Shown piece after piece: positions 1-12,300 of a DNA stretch of 64,000 bases. Under the pieces are notes generated by a model, which was not told the DNA's origin, ran no database searches, and saw only the letters and a list, made by a program, of their open reading frames with translations. Positions within the stretch are counted from its first letter, which is position 1. The number at the start of each line of letters is the position of its first letter. This stretch comes from Tubulanus polymorphus (lineage: Eukaryota; Animalia; Nemertea), in contig NC_134034.1 in the NCBI RefSeq assembly GCF_964204645.1, positions 5,926,914-5,990,913 of the forward strand, given 5' to 3'. Made by a program: the position numbers and the translations under genes.

Positions 1-600
1 TCCATGTTTCAACTCCGATATTTCATGGCGTCACGGTAGAAATTACCAAATTTTGACAATACGAAAACTATTAGACGACGACGTTCTTTACATTCACATT
101 TATTCGAAACAACTATAAAACTGGCCACGTCATGCGCAGGTCTCCTTTATCTTCCCAATAGGTCAGGTGACCGAGTCCTGCGAGTGACGGAAACCATTCA
201 TACGTATCATAATACATGATTAACAGAATCAGCGATCGTATCATATTTAACATGAACCATATAACATGCCCTCTGCAAAAGTGAGTTATTCTCAAGACAA
301 CTCAAAAATGCACATTTCATAATGATACATTTTATATTGATTACACTCGCGATAGAGCATCAGCCACAATATTATATCGACCTTTGATGTGTTGAATTAC
401 TAAGTTGTGACTTTGCACCAACATCGCCCATCGCATTAGTCTCCTGTTTTTGTTTTTAATCTTCTGCAAGAAAACTAGAGGGTTATGATCTATAAAAATA
501 TAGACAGGTAGACCGTTAGTTACGTACACTTCGAAATGAACGAAGAGATAAGCATTCTTTCTCTATAGTTAAATAATTAAGTTGAGATTTATTGTCAACT
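1..600 (-). mobile_element. 3' end of a Gypsy-type LTR retrotransposon (RNase H C-terminus, PPT, start of 3' LTR)
   Basis: ORF 341..529 has the Ty3/Gypsy RNase H motifs DHNPL...RLMRW...HIKG..N..ADALSR and then stops. About 70 bp later on the minus strand, purine-rich AGAGGGCA precedes TGTTAT (candidate LTR start at 266). Confidence 0.7.
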
Positions 601-1091
601 TGAAAAATATGGCAAAACCATCATGGAGCAGTTAACGCTATTTTTTTAAGTTTACTTTATAACTACATGTAGATAAACAATTTATGCATCAATTTTCAAT
701 ATGCATCAAGACGGATCGATTTGTCCTGTTTATATAATGCATATAATATTGTGTCATACTATCAAATGGAGATTAATCTGAAATACATCTGGATTAGATA
801 ACATAGCGATAAACGAGAAAATGTTGACATTTTAGGCTTGACATTGATAAGATCTGACGAACGACTTGACAATCAATTTCTAATTAAATCATGAAATAGA
901 TGAGCCAAATTACACTTAGCATCTAGTTTAGTCATAAAATGCGTATTGCAACGTATCATGAAAATTAACAGGAACTAGAAAATTGTACTATGCAATTACT
1001 GACTGTAACACTAGACACGAATTGCTTAAAATATTGCATGGTTGTGAAAAATGACACAACAGAATGTAGTACTCAGTACTCAATAAGTATC

Positions 1092-2048
1092 GGGTACTTC
1101 TAAAGTACGAAACTACGAAATTAAGAAATATGCAACGAAATTACGAAATGCAAAACGAAATTAAGAAATGCTGAAGTACGAAACGAAATACTATACGAAA
1201 TGCTAAACTACGAAACGAAATGGTCCTTTTTTCGCGGGTCCTGCTAAAGTATAAAATGAAATACGAAACGAAAATTTTGTAATTTTTTGCGCTATAGCAG
1301 CGGATTCGTGGAGCTGGCTTAAACATGCGCACCCGGTCTAGTGTGGCAGGGTTTCGTGCCGCGACTGAGTTTAGCGATGCCATCAGGGAGAATGATCTGC
1401 GTATGCTCATATACAACTGGAAGGTAGCGATTAATAAATTACGGGTTAGAGAACGAAGTGTGCCTTAAAATATATCCTGCAGTGTTTAGGCTAAAAAATT
1501 GATACCTCGTTTCTCCTCTGCTGAGGAGCTTAAAAGTCTGGATTCTGCAGGGGATGCGGATTCGAAAAGAAAATTCACGGCCGGAATTTTTTTCAAATTG
1601 CTCTTCACTACGCTGTTAAGCGGTAAAAAGATCGTCATGTAGTCCGTGTAGGGCCTATCATTTCACTATGCTTTACCGCGTCTGAGTTCGTGGAAATGGC
1701 GCAGCGTATTCATTATTTGTTTTTGAGAACATCCTACAAGTTTCTACTAATTGTAGACGTTTTTAAAACCCTCCAGTTTAAGAAAATAAATTCTTGAATA
1801 TGGTACTTTCAAAAGATCATTTACATGCACCGCCGAGATTTTTACAGTCCCGTAGCGTCATAACGAGCTTTGACCATAGTATGGGCGTGTGTTTGAAATG
1901 TGACCATTTCGTTTCGTATTTCGGTTCGTATTTTAACACTACTGGCAAAAAAATTTCCATTTCGTAATTTCGTTTCGTATTTCGTAATTTCGCTCCATAT
2001 TTCGTAATTTCGTTTCATATTTCGTAGTTTCGTACTTTAGCAGGACCC
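1092..2048. mobile_element. Non-autonomous Mutator-like (MULE) element / MITE
   Basis: Termini GGGTACTTCTAAAGTACGAAACTACGAAAT and ATTTCGTAGTTTCGTACTTTAGCAGGACCC are inverted with 2 mismatches. Many subterminal ACGAAAT motifs. Exact 9-bp TSD ATAAGTATC at 1083-1091 and 2049-2057. Confidence 0.85.
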
Positions 2049-2311
2049 ATAAGTATCATAGCTTTGGTAAGAAACAATTGACCTAATTCTTTGAAGATTT
2101 GTCAGCCAGAGGAGCTGGTTTTTTGGAGATTTTTTTGATGATGGTAAATGGGTAGCGGTAGCAGCAACATGCATAGGTAAAGAAGAATACACAATGGTTT
2201 CAAGTTGTATAGTGTTAACAGTACTTTCAGAACCAATGGAAAATTTGAGTTTTCCACATGTAAGGAGAAAATCCTCAAGTTGATCAGGGTGGTCAATCAA
2301 TTGAGATTTGC

Positions 2312-2761
2312 CTAATGAGGATAAAAAGTCACTGAGAATGTTGTTGAACGAATCTGATTATTATTGATGTGCATTGTAGCAACAACTGAAGGAGTTAAAT
2401 TAGCCTGTAACTGCTTCATCTTGCATGAAGGACATTTAATTTTCCCTGGAGGAAGAGGCATTACTGTTTTACACGCAGCACAGTTATAATTTTTCGCGAT
2501 CTTGATGTGCGTTATTTCCCCCACAATAACGTGCTCTTCTGGTAGAGGCAATTCAAAAGTGATGTTAGGAATGTTTGCAATCGGTACGAACTGGGTTCCT
2601 GGAGAAGTTGTCAACGATTTGATGTTTTGATAGTTCCTCACTGAAACGTTGGTGAATCGATATGAAGATTCGCTTTGTATAGTTTCAATACTTTCTCCCC
2701 AAAGGGTTAATTCAATCGACGACGTTTTATCGGCGACAATAATAAGCATTTCCTGAGGCAA
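2312..2761 (-). pseudogene. RPA/SSB-like OB-fold plus C4 zinc-ribbon ORF remnant, probably Helitron-borne
   Basis: VADKTSSIELTLWGE matches the OB-fold D.TG.I..TLW motif, followed by CAAC...CPSC. Probably continues by frameshift into ORF 2037..2300. Confidence 0.6.
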
Positions 2762-3230
2762 AGAGAGGCTTAGTGATATTGCAATGGAATATCAGGAGCA
2801 ATATGGTTGAAATACATTTGATTTATGCTTTTTAATGGTCACTGTTTAAATTACCAGTGAGTTGGCATAAATGATGTGAACAAAATTATTTCAACTCACA
2901 AAATTAGCTACATATGAAACTTGCTTGAATGAAAGTGTACTAGAAATGAGTTTGAGCAAAGAATTGGTATAAAAGGCTTGGGCAGTTCAGGGATCATATG
3001 TAGGGTCAAATAAATGGTTGTGGGTACCTATGAAGATAATGTAGAGGAATTCGTTAGTGAAATATTGTTGACCAATATGATGTTTACCAAAATGACAAGG
3101 TTAATTGCTAATACATATTTTCTTGCACTTTAATGAATGATGTATAGTGTCCTAGATCCAAATTAAAAAATATTGAACACGCTATTGTGTTGAACATTAA
3201 CAGCAGATACGACGTCAAATCAAAAGATGA

Positions 3231-3560
3231 TTATACATCGGAAAGGAAATCATTCTGAGATACCCCAATTTTACCGCTCATGTGCGCATGATAAGTCACA
3301 GTGAAGTTCATTCCATACAAATCAATGGATTCAGGCAACTCATTGAATGCTAAATAGGAAACAGTATTCCTATCTTTCATGATAGTTTTAAATAGTTTAA
3401 GGCCTTCCATTAATGAATTATCCAGTACATTTGCATTAAGCTTTTTCATTGGGGGGGGGAGTATAATGCAAAAATGGCATTACAAGTACACTGCATCCCA
3501 CCATATCCATCATCAAAAATTGGACTTACTTGATGAAATGAACCAATAATGTACTTGTGC
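3231..3560 (-). pseudogene. Peptidase C76-like (herpes tegument deubiquitinase-type) remnant
   Basis: Minus strand ~3560-3450 reads HKYIIGSFHQVSPIFDDGYGGMQCTCNAIFALYS (GSFHQ...G.QC..N catalytic Cys motif). Past the G10 run it continues as LNANVLDNSLMEG...YLAFNELP. Confidence 0.6.
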
Positions 3561-3616
3561 GGTAACAAAATATTCGCATCTTAGTGCATCGTATTATCAT
3601 ATGTGTATTTAATCCT

Positions 3617-3740
3617 ATCCCACATCTGCTCATCAGTGCAGGGAATAACAACTCCATCCCACATCTGCTCATCAGTGCAGGGAGTAACAACTTCATCCCG
3701 CATCTGCTCATCAGTGCAGGGAGTAACAACTCCATCCTGC
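3617..3740. repeat. 39-bp minisatellite, about 3 copies
   Basis: Unit CCACATCTGCTCATCAGTGCAGGGAGTAACAACTCCATC. It explains the overlapping repetitive ORFs at 3526-3814. Confidence 0.9.
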
Positions 3741-6064
3741 AAATGTCCCTCTGTGCAGATTGTAAGAAAATTTTTCATAGATTCAGCTTGATGGTACTAG
3801 AAAATAAAAAATGATTTTCAAACTCTTGCAGTGTTATATAAAATGCATTTATAATTAGAAATATTACGACATAAACATTTGAAAAGGACAAATCTATATC
3901 AAATTTTGATATACACTTACATTTCTTTGTCCCTTGAGAAGTTTAACTATTTTTCTTTTCTTATGAGGCATGGCAGGTAGATTGTAGGTGTGAGTAACTA
4001 GACTATTATTATTCCTAAACAATGAGGCGACATGAAATAAACGCAGATGCAATACATTTCATTATTCAAAACCATCATTTGAGACTCAAGAAAATATAAG
4101 CATCACCTCTTGCCCCGAATATTTACAACGTATATGAGATATGACTTCATTCGCCAAAATTCACATATTATCTGTCTATTATACAAAAGTATGCAAACAT
4201 TTTTAAATGATGCTCCTTATTAATCCTTGGTCAAAATTGTAAGGCACCAGATATACAAGGGCAGAAGATGACTTCAATAAGAAAGATACTTTTTATAGAA
4301 CGACAGAGACATAGAAATCAAAACTCGAACTCAGGGTAAATACGAGTTGCTTGGTGAGGCTTACACACTATAATGCTTCTCAAACATGTATGCAAGCCAG
4401 GTCCAAACGAAGTTCCAATAGTCCGTATTAGACAGAGAGAGATTATAGTCAACATACAATGCTAAGTTAAAGGTATTCCAGAGATTTGAGGCAAAATAGA
4501 GAAGATTAGAGGGGTTGAGAAACGAAGGTATCATTTCTAAGCCATATCAAGGTTACAAAGTATCCACTTACCATGACCACCAGGCACAGTCTGTTCCTGG
4601 CACAATCAGCAAGAACCCATGACATAGGCCAATGACCATGCAGTTCATGGGGTGCAAGCTTAACATCCATGTGTTAACACAGTTGTTTTAAAGCTGTTCA
4701 CTGATTGAACCTTAGGCCAACTGCTAGCTTTACCCTTAGGGCCTTGAGCTAGTCTAACAATCGACCAAGTGGAACAACATAAATATGTATGCCAGCAGAC
4801 TCATTAGAATTCTTGAATGATATCTTCGAAAGATTGATTGTGAGAATCATTGACTTCAGATCCAGAGAGAATGACATATAAAAACAACGATGCTCTACAA
4901 AGTCAAATTACCGAATTGTTGGTGGTAAGCTTCTACAATCGGATGGAATTTTTTGTGAAAATTTCCGAACGTCAAACTACATTGTTGTATGATGTACCCG
5001 TGTGATATTCTGTGATATTCTACTGGTTCCGTTTGATACATTGCCCTGGCGACTAAGATTCATACAGATCAGGAAATCTAAAATTTCCCGATATTTCTCT
5101 GGCCAAATTCCCTAATCACACTATATGATATGCTTACTTATCTTTATAAAAAGCTAGAAATTTTCAAGAAATTTTACTTCAATAGTCCATTTTTCAATTG
5201 ATGCAACGTTTTTGTCCTGTGGAATTTGTTTAATATTGGGGTACACACCTCGTTAAACCCATGTCCATGATTCTAGAGTGTAAGAGGTCACGTTAAGACA
5301 TTATGCAGAGTCAATTGATTGGATTGATAAAAATTGATTGCATTGATGAATGACTAAGGCATAACTCTTCGAAGAGGACAGATTTTCCCAATACGGGGTA
5401 TCGACAAATCAAGTTCTGGAATTACTTGTTTGATTGCGCTAGTCATAACCGGAAATTGAAACCTAAATCCGCCATGTTCTAGTTCATTTGCAAAAAGAAT
5501 CTCTCGCTTCAAGGTTTTCGTAAGCGATATTTTACTAACTATACATCGTCACGCGTAATCCTATAAGTATAATATCCTGACAATGCGATTCGATTAAACA
5601 CCACTTTGAACGCTAAAGATTACTAAAAGTGTCAAAAAATTACCAAAAATCACAAATTTAGCGATGATGCTCGAAGCAGCTAATGGAAGAAAAGACTGGT
5701 GCCGGGTGTCATCACTTTGTTGTTGAGTTCAAGACTCTTAAGGTGAATTTATTGCAGGCTGCACTGATCAATATGAAATAATACTATGAAATAAAATTGA
5801 TTTTAGAAGGACTACGCTTGTAGATCCATAATTAAAAAAAAACTGAAAGGTACCAAGACTCGAACCAAAAATTGAAATTGAGCCGTAAAGTGCTGCCACC
5901 ATGTGATACCTGGCAACCAGTCTTTACATCTTCAGCCGTTGCAAAATCTTTTTTGATAATTCTAGGACATTTATAGTGATTTCTAGCCTTTGCAGTGAGG
6001 TTTTATCATATCCAACGTTACGGTAGATTATCATATTTAAAGGATTACGCGTGATGATATTAGT

Positions 6065-7428
6065 CAGTCCTGTCGAAATTAATCGAGCGGATTATTGCGT
6101 CTCGCCTCAGAAGGCATTTATCTTCAAATTGTCTTTATGATCCCAATCAATCGGCTTACCGACAAAGCCATAGCACAGAGACAGTTCTCCTTCGTGTCAT
6201 GAATGATATTTTGTGTTCTTTTGATAAAGGCAACGAGTTCATATTGGTGTTATTGGACTTGTCCGCTGCTTTTGATATGGTCGATCACAGAATATTGTTA
6301 AATCGGCTCGGGAGATCCTGCGGCATGAAGGACTCTGTACTACGGTGGTTTGCCTCTTACCTGTCTGAGAGGAAGCAGTCTGTAATGGTTGCTAATGAAT
6401 GTTCACGTCCTACACCTGTAGAGTGTGGAGTTCCGCAGGGGTCCGTGCTCGGACCTATACTTTTTATCATTTATACCATCCCATTAGGTGATGTGATGTG
6501 TAAAAATGATGTCCAGTACCAATTGTATGCAGATGACAATCAACTTGAAAGTGCGGAGATAGGAAAGAGACCATGGAAATGGTTTCGACTGTAGAACACT
6601 GCGTCGGTGAGATTAAGAGTTGGTTGTTCGAAAATAAACTATCCCTAAATTCTCCGAAGACTGATGTCGTTAATCTAGTATCGTCGCGTAGAATCGGTTC
6701 CATGACTGGTATCTATGTTGATGATGTTTGGATACCAACGTCAGACTGTGTAAAAGATCTCGGTGTCATTATTGATAAACATGTGAAAATGGACATGCAT
6801 GTAAAGTCTGGTTGCAAATCGGCGTTCGCAAATCTGTACCGTATCGGCCGCCTTAGAAAATACCTGGACAGGTGTAGTACCGAGCGGTTGATACATGCAT
6901 TTGTAACTTCGCGAATCGACTGTAATAATGGTATCTTAGCTGGCCTTCCCAGCAACATGTTAGCTCCACTCCAACGTGTGCAAAACTGAGCTGCACGAGT
7001 TGTGTGCAAGGTTAAGAAGTTTCAACACATCACACCAACATTACGTGAGCTTCACTGGTTGCCAGTCAGAGAAAGGATTGACTATAAGATTGCACTTCAA
7101 GTATTTAAGTGTATCCATGTTGCGGCTCCTAAATAGCTTAAAGACCTCATTGTTCTGAGACAGTCCGCGAGAACCACCAGATGATCGTCATCTGGTTTAG
7201 TCGTTGATTTAAGGAGGACAAAATCATGTCTTGGTGATAGGAGCTTCACAGTGTATGGTGCTAAATTGTGGAATCTGTCACCACACAAAATCAAACTTAT
7301 AGACAATATCGATCAGTTCAAACCTTCCCTGAAGTCATTTTTATTTGTGAGGGCATACGGAGAGACAGCGCAGTGAACATGGACCTCGTCCCTGGAATAG
7401 CGCTCTATATAAGAGACGATTATTATTA

Positions 7429-7477
<49 letters not shown>
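6065..7477 (+). mobile_element. 5'-truncated degenerate L2/CR1-group LINE (RT and 3' region) with (TAT)n tail
   Basis: Motifs LLDLSAAFD, GVPQGSVLGP, YADD and LHWLPVRERIDYKI occur across frameshifts and stops. Ends in a TAT microsatellite at ~7421-7477. Confidence 0.9.
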
Positions 7478-7478
<1 letters not shown>

Positions 7479-7605
7479 CTCTAATCTTCCGTGTTAACCA
7501 GCTTGGTACAAACTAATTGTCTAGCCGCGCCTCGTAATGAAGCGAATAAGAAGTCGGTTTTAACATCGTTTGACCAGTGATTAATTTTCGCTACTGTTTC
7601 AAATC

Positions 7606-7960
7606 CTAATCTGTATTCTTGATCCATGATCCGTCACCTGAATAATGTTCTGGTTTCATCTTACCGATCACGTTTGGTTCTACATTGCGGGAGCCGGTAG
7701 AATTTGTTCTACCTACATCCGCCGAACCACTACTTCGAGACCACGTTCCTTCTTGACTCTCGCCAGAGAACGTTTGGCCTGTCGGATTACTGGTCATACT
7801 AGACCGATACGATGCGGGCCTACTAACAGGACCTACATCACATTGAACTGTTATAGACGTCTCGTTATTCACAAGGCCGTCTGGACTTGATAAATCTTCC
7901 GAACTTTTACTACGCATAATGCGAGCAAGCGATGCACGAGTCACAGGATAACTCATTGTT
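7606..7960 (-). mobile_element. Truncated Gypsy gag 5' fragment
   Basis: KMKPEHYSGDGSW is homologous to KMKPELYSGETPW in the gag at 13304-13777. Confidence 0.6.
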
Positions 7961-8054
7961 ATAATTTTGGAAGAGTTTCCAGATAGTTGAATAATAATAA
8001 AAATGCAACTATCACAATCTTTATGATGATAATAAGTTTATTTACGTGTTCAAA

Positions 8055-8103
8055 CATTTCGATCGATTTCGACTCATCTCTTACGAGTCCTTTTCAAGAA
8101 ATG
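8055..8103 (-). ncRNA. Minimal type-I hammerhead ribozyme (Penelope pLTR-like)
   Basis: Minus strand CATTTC-TTGAAAA-G-GACTC(GTAAGAGAT)GAGTC-GAAA-TCGA-TC-GAAATG gives stem I, a core with U3:A8, stem II, GAAA, palindromic stem III and an AUC cleavage triplet. AATAAA lies ~13 nt downstream. Confidence 0.65.
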
Positions 8104-8721
8104 ACATGAAAAGATACTAACTATGCATAGTATGCTGTTACTAATTACAGAGAATATCATGCAGGCGTGAACTGGCCGAGTTAACAAATACAGTAAAAAG
8201 GATTATAAACATATAAAAATACATCCAGTAAAAATGAGACTCCATGGGCTAAAAATTGGCAGGGACACTACAAAATACAAGAGAACGTCCGAATCCGATC
8301 TACGCACTAATTAAACACTAACGCATACTAATACTCTACTAATATATTACAATACTCACTAACAACATAACCGTACTAATAAAGAACATGAGATAAAACT
8401 ATACACAATGTAACGCGATAAAAAGAAGGCCTGGGCGATCATTCTTCACGGCGACGTTGATGAATCTCCCTACAGATGTTGCAGAGTTCACACTCGATGT
8501 CGTGGGTCGTCGTAAACTCGGTCGTTATCTCCGATTCAAACATTACATGAGTGTGCAGCTTCTGTCCCGTCTTTTTGGCGAGTCGTTGAGAAAGTCCGGC
8601 GACTTCTCGGCACATCATGCAGAATATACACTGAGGAAAATCATCTAGGTGCTGCATAATTTTGATGGTGGACATGTACATTGAATGTACATGTTTCTTG
8701 ACATTCGGATGATGGTAAGTG

Positions 8722-8903
8722 AGTTCTGATGACGGAATAACGGAAGGTTGAGAAATATTTGCAGGTTTCTGTAGTTCTAATGACTGAGTGACGGAAGGTT
8801 GAGAAATGGTCGCAGGTTTCTGTAATTCAGATGACGGAGTGACGGAAGGTCGAGAAATGGTCGCAGATTTCTATAGTTCTGATGACGGAGTTATGAACGG
8901 AAG
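8722..8903. repeat. 51-bp tandem repeat, about 3.5 copies
   Basis: Unit GTTCTGATGACGGAGTGACGGAAGGTTGAGAAATGGTCGCAGGTTTCTGTA with variants. Confidence 0.85.
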
Positions 8904-9367
8904 TGCGGATGTGGCTAAAATATTGTCAATAACGGGGTTCTTCGTAACGACACGACGTTCAGGCGTGACGGCTGCTTTCTGTATTAATGGTTCGTCTTGG
9001 CCGCAACAAAATTCAAAAGCGAGGTCTTCGGTGGCGGCGGACCTGACTCATCCGGAAAAACTGGCTCCGAAACAGACACGTCGTCAATCGGTGCTAAATC
9101 GTCCGATTTTAATCAATTCTGAAATGCTTCTACCAATGGTATCGTCTCGATGATTCTTTTTGATATGCGTGCGCGTGGTATCGTATGCTCTGGACGAGTA
9201 GTTGCGGATCTTTTCATTCACACGACCGGTTTTTTTTCACATACCCTTAGATGTCTGCTTCGGCTCATTTTTCAGTATTTACACGACCATTTTTTAATTT
9301 CCGACTTCATAGTACTGGAAAATAAAAATACATACAAGTATTAATTAGCAGCCTGAATTGCTAAGAC

Positions 9368-12300
9368 TTATAAGAGCCATTCGCCGAAGCGATCTGGGCG
9401 TCTCGTCTGTCGGCCTGAGGATGTAACGACCGGCTGTTGCAGGGTCTGCGTTTCGACATCATCATCGACTGTCGGCTCAGAACCATATGGCTTTAGCCGA
9501 TCATAATGGACCTTAATCGATCTGTGAGCACCAAGTTCAGAGATATCGTACACGACATCGTTAAACAAACTCTTGACGACATTCGGCCCATGCCAATGAC
9601 ACGACAATTTTGACAATCGGCCTGCCTTGACTGCTGGTTTGTGTACCCAGACCAGATCGCCAACTCTGTACCTCTGATCAAGGGCCTTCATGTTGTAGTT
9701 TTTCTTGTTGCGTTATGCTCTGAGAGCCAGGTGTTTGCGAGTTTGATGAAACGCGGATCTTAACCTGTCCTGTAGCTCCCGGCTATATATTTTGCTTAGG
9801 GCTGAAGAAATCTGTTTAACCCCATTAGACTGGTTCTTGTTCATTGTCATTGCCAGACCATCTTATCGTGTTCGATTATATCTTTCGACTAAACCATCAA
9901 TAAGGGATCAAAAACGGCAAGGGATAAGCTTCCACCCAGCGAGTGAAATAGTCACTTATGACCAAAATCACAGCATTACCCCTGTCATTGATTGGAAGTG
10001 GACCGAGAATATCAAGAGCGATGCGTTCCAAGGGTAGTCCTACCCTGTAGTCGTTTAATGGAGCTCTCATTTTCCTTGGAGACGTCTTCCTGGAACCACA
10101 CATCCGGCAAATACTACACCATGACTTGACGTCCGACCGAATGCTATACCTAAAATATCTAGAATGAACAGTAGTTAGAGTTTTACGGAAACCAAAATGA
10201 GCTGCAGTGTGGGCGAAGTGAAGACTGAAAAACACATCGCGTCAGAAAATCTCAGGTAAGCGGATTAACTTTGATACAGGTAAACCGTCTCTTTCCTTAA
10301 TGATGTATAAAACGCTGTTGGAAACTTCTAAATCTTGCCACCTAGACCAATAAAATTTACTTTTATCCTCACGATGTGATACATCCCGCCACGATGGTTT
10401 TCCACTCTTCAGCGCTGCTTCTATCCATGAAAATTCGGTGTCCTTTTCTGGTTCTTCAGCAATACTCTAACAAGGAAAAGATTCGTTTAAATTGAGACAA
10501 GAAATAGTGACTAGGCCTGTGCTAGACAGAGCAGTAGAGATTCCAACACTATTGGGTGGACTACTAGATGCTACGTTACACGGAGATACGGCTTAGTCTC
10601 CTCTCTTCGAAGCTGAAAGACAGTGTGCACATTCCCCTCTGGACAGAGCATCCGCGTTCAAGTGATTTCTTCCCGGAAGTACGGTGTTGTATACCAAAAT
10701 TTTATTCCGCCAAAAACCGTGAGCCAGCGTACGACCTGACCCTCCGGATCTTTGAACGACATGAGCCATCTCCGTGGTCTGGTCTAAGTAGAAATTTCGA
10801 TCCTAATAGGTTATGTCGAAAATGCTTTATAAAGGTGACTACTGCTAATAATTCTCATCTGGTCACGCAATAATTTCTTTCTTGTTTAGATAGGGTACGG
10901 CTACCATAGGCGACAACTCTCTTGCACCATCATGAGTTTGGGATAAAAATCATCCTAAGCCGACTCCACAAGCGTCTGTATCTAGAAGAATCGACAACCC
11001 TGGAGTGAAATAAGCTAAGTCCGGAGCTGAAGAAAGCATACTCTTCAATGAAGAAAATGACGTTTGGCATTCATCAGCCCAAGCGAATAGATGGCCTTTC
11101 TCGGTATGTCTATGTAACGGTTTTGCGATAGTACGGAAATTTTCGCAGAAATGTCTGTAGTAGGAAGCTAATCCAAGAAATGATCTAACGTCATTCTGCC
11201 ACTGTGGAACTGGCCAATTGGGTACGGACTCCACCTTGCTCGGGTTGCAGGAAACTCCAGACTCCGACACAATATGTCCCAAAAATAGTACTGAACGTTT
11301 GAAAAAGTCACACTTTTTCGGTTTAAGCTTCAAACCAGCATGTCTTAGTCTTGAAAATACGTGTCCCAGATTATGTAAAGTTGAATCAAAATCCTTTCCA
11401 AAAACTATCATGTCGTCTAAGTATATTAAACAGATTTCATTTTGCAAACCACCCAAAACTTGCTCCATCAATCGCTCGAAAGTAGATCCAGCATTACATA
11501 GACCAAACGGCATTTTGTTGCATTGATAGAGTCCATTTCTCACTACAAGTGCTGATTTCTCGCGGGCTTTTTCAGATAGCTTCTGGCAATTGAAGCTATG
11601 TCCATGGTACAAAATTACCTTGCACCCGATAACGAACGGATAGAATCATCAATTCTGGGCAAAGGATAAGCATCTTTAACAGTAAGTTCATTTAATCTTC
11701 GATAGTCGAAGCAAAATCTAGTACTGCTATCTCTTTTACTAACCAAAACGGTAGGGCTTGCCCATGGCGAAGTAGAAGGTTCAATCACCTCTCGCGGAAG
11801 CATGTCTTTAACTAATTCGTCTGCTAAGACCTGTCTAGCTGGTGCTAGTTGTCGAGCTTTCTGTCGCACAGGTCGAGCATAACCCGTGTCAATATCATGT
11901 TGGATACCTCGAGCTACACCGAGATCCGAATCTGATGTCACAAATATGTCGGAATACTCTACAATCAACTTCTTTAAACGGAAAGCTTCAGAAGTATCAA
12001 GATTCGCACTACTACGTTCAATTAATTATTTCAGATGATCTGGAACCATTTCCGAGTTCGACATTTGTTCATCCCTGACATGATTTGTGCAGTCCTTGGG
12101 GGCGACTTTAGTGACGGATCTCAATACACCTATGGTAGAACCTGGGTAGAAAATAATTGGATCAGGGGTTGGATTCATCAATCTGACTGGTAAGTAATCT
12201 TTTCCGGTATCTATCAAACTTCTAGCCGTCACATATTTGTACTTTGACTGGTTTCGTGCACGCTCGATGACTGACCATTTGCATGGAATCGTTCCGTCAG

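Noticed and set aside
3617-3740. CRISPR-like or hammerhead reading of the 39-bp repeat (contains CTGATGAG on the minus strand)
   Set aside because: Units are contiguous with no unique spacers, there are no cas genes, and no stem II/GAAA follows. It is a minisatellite.
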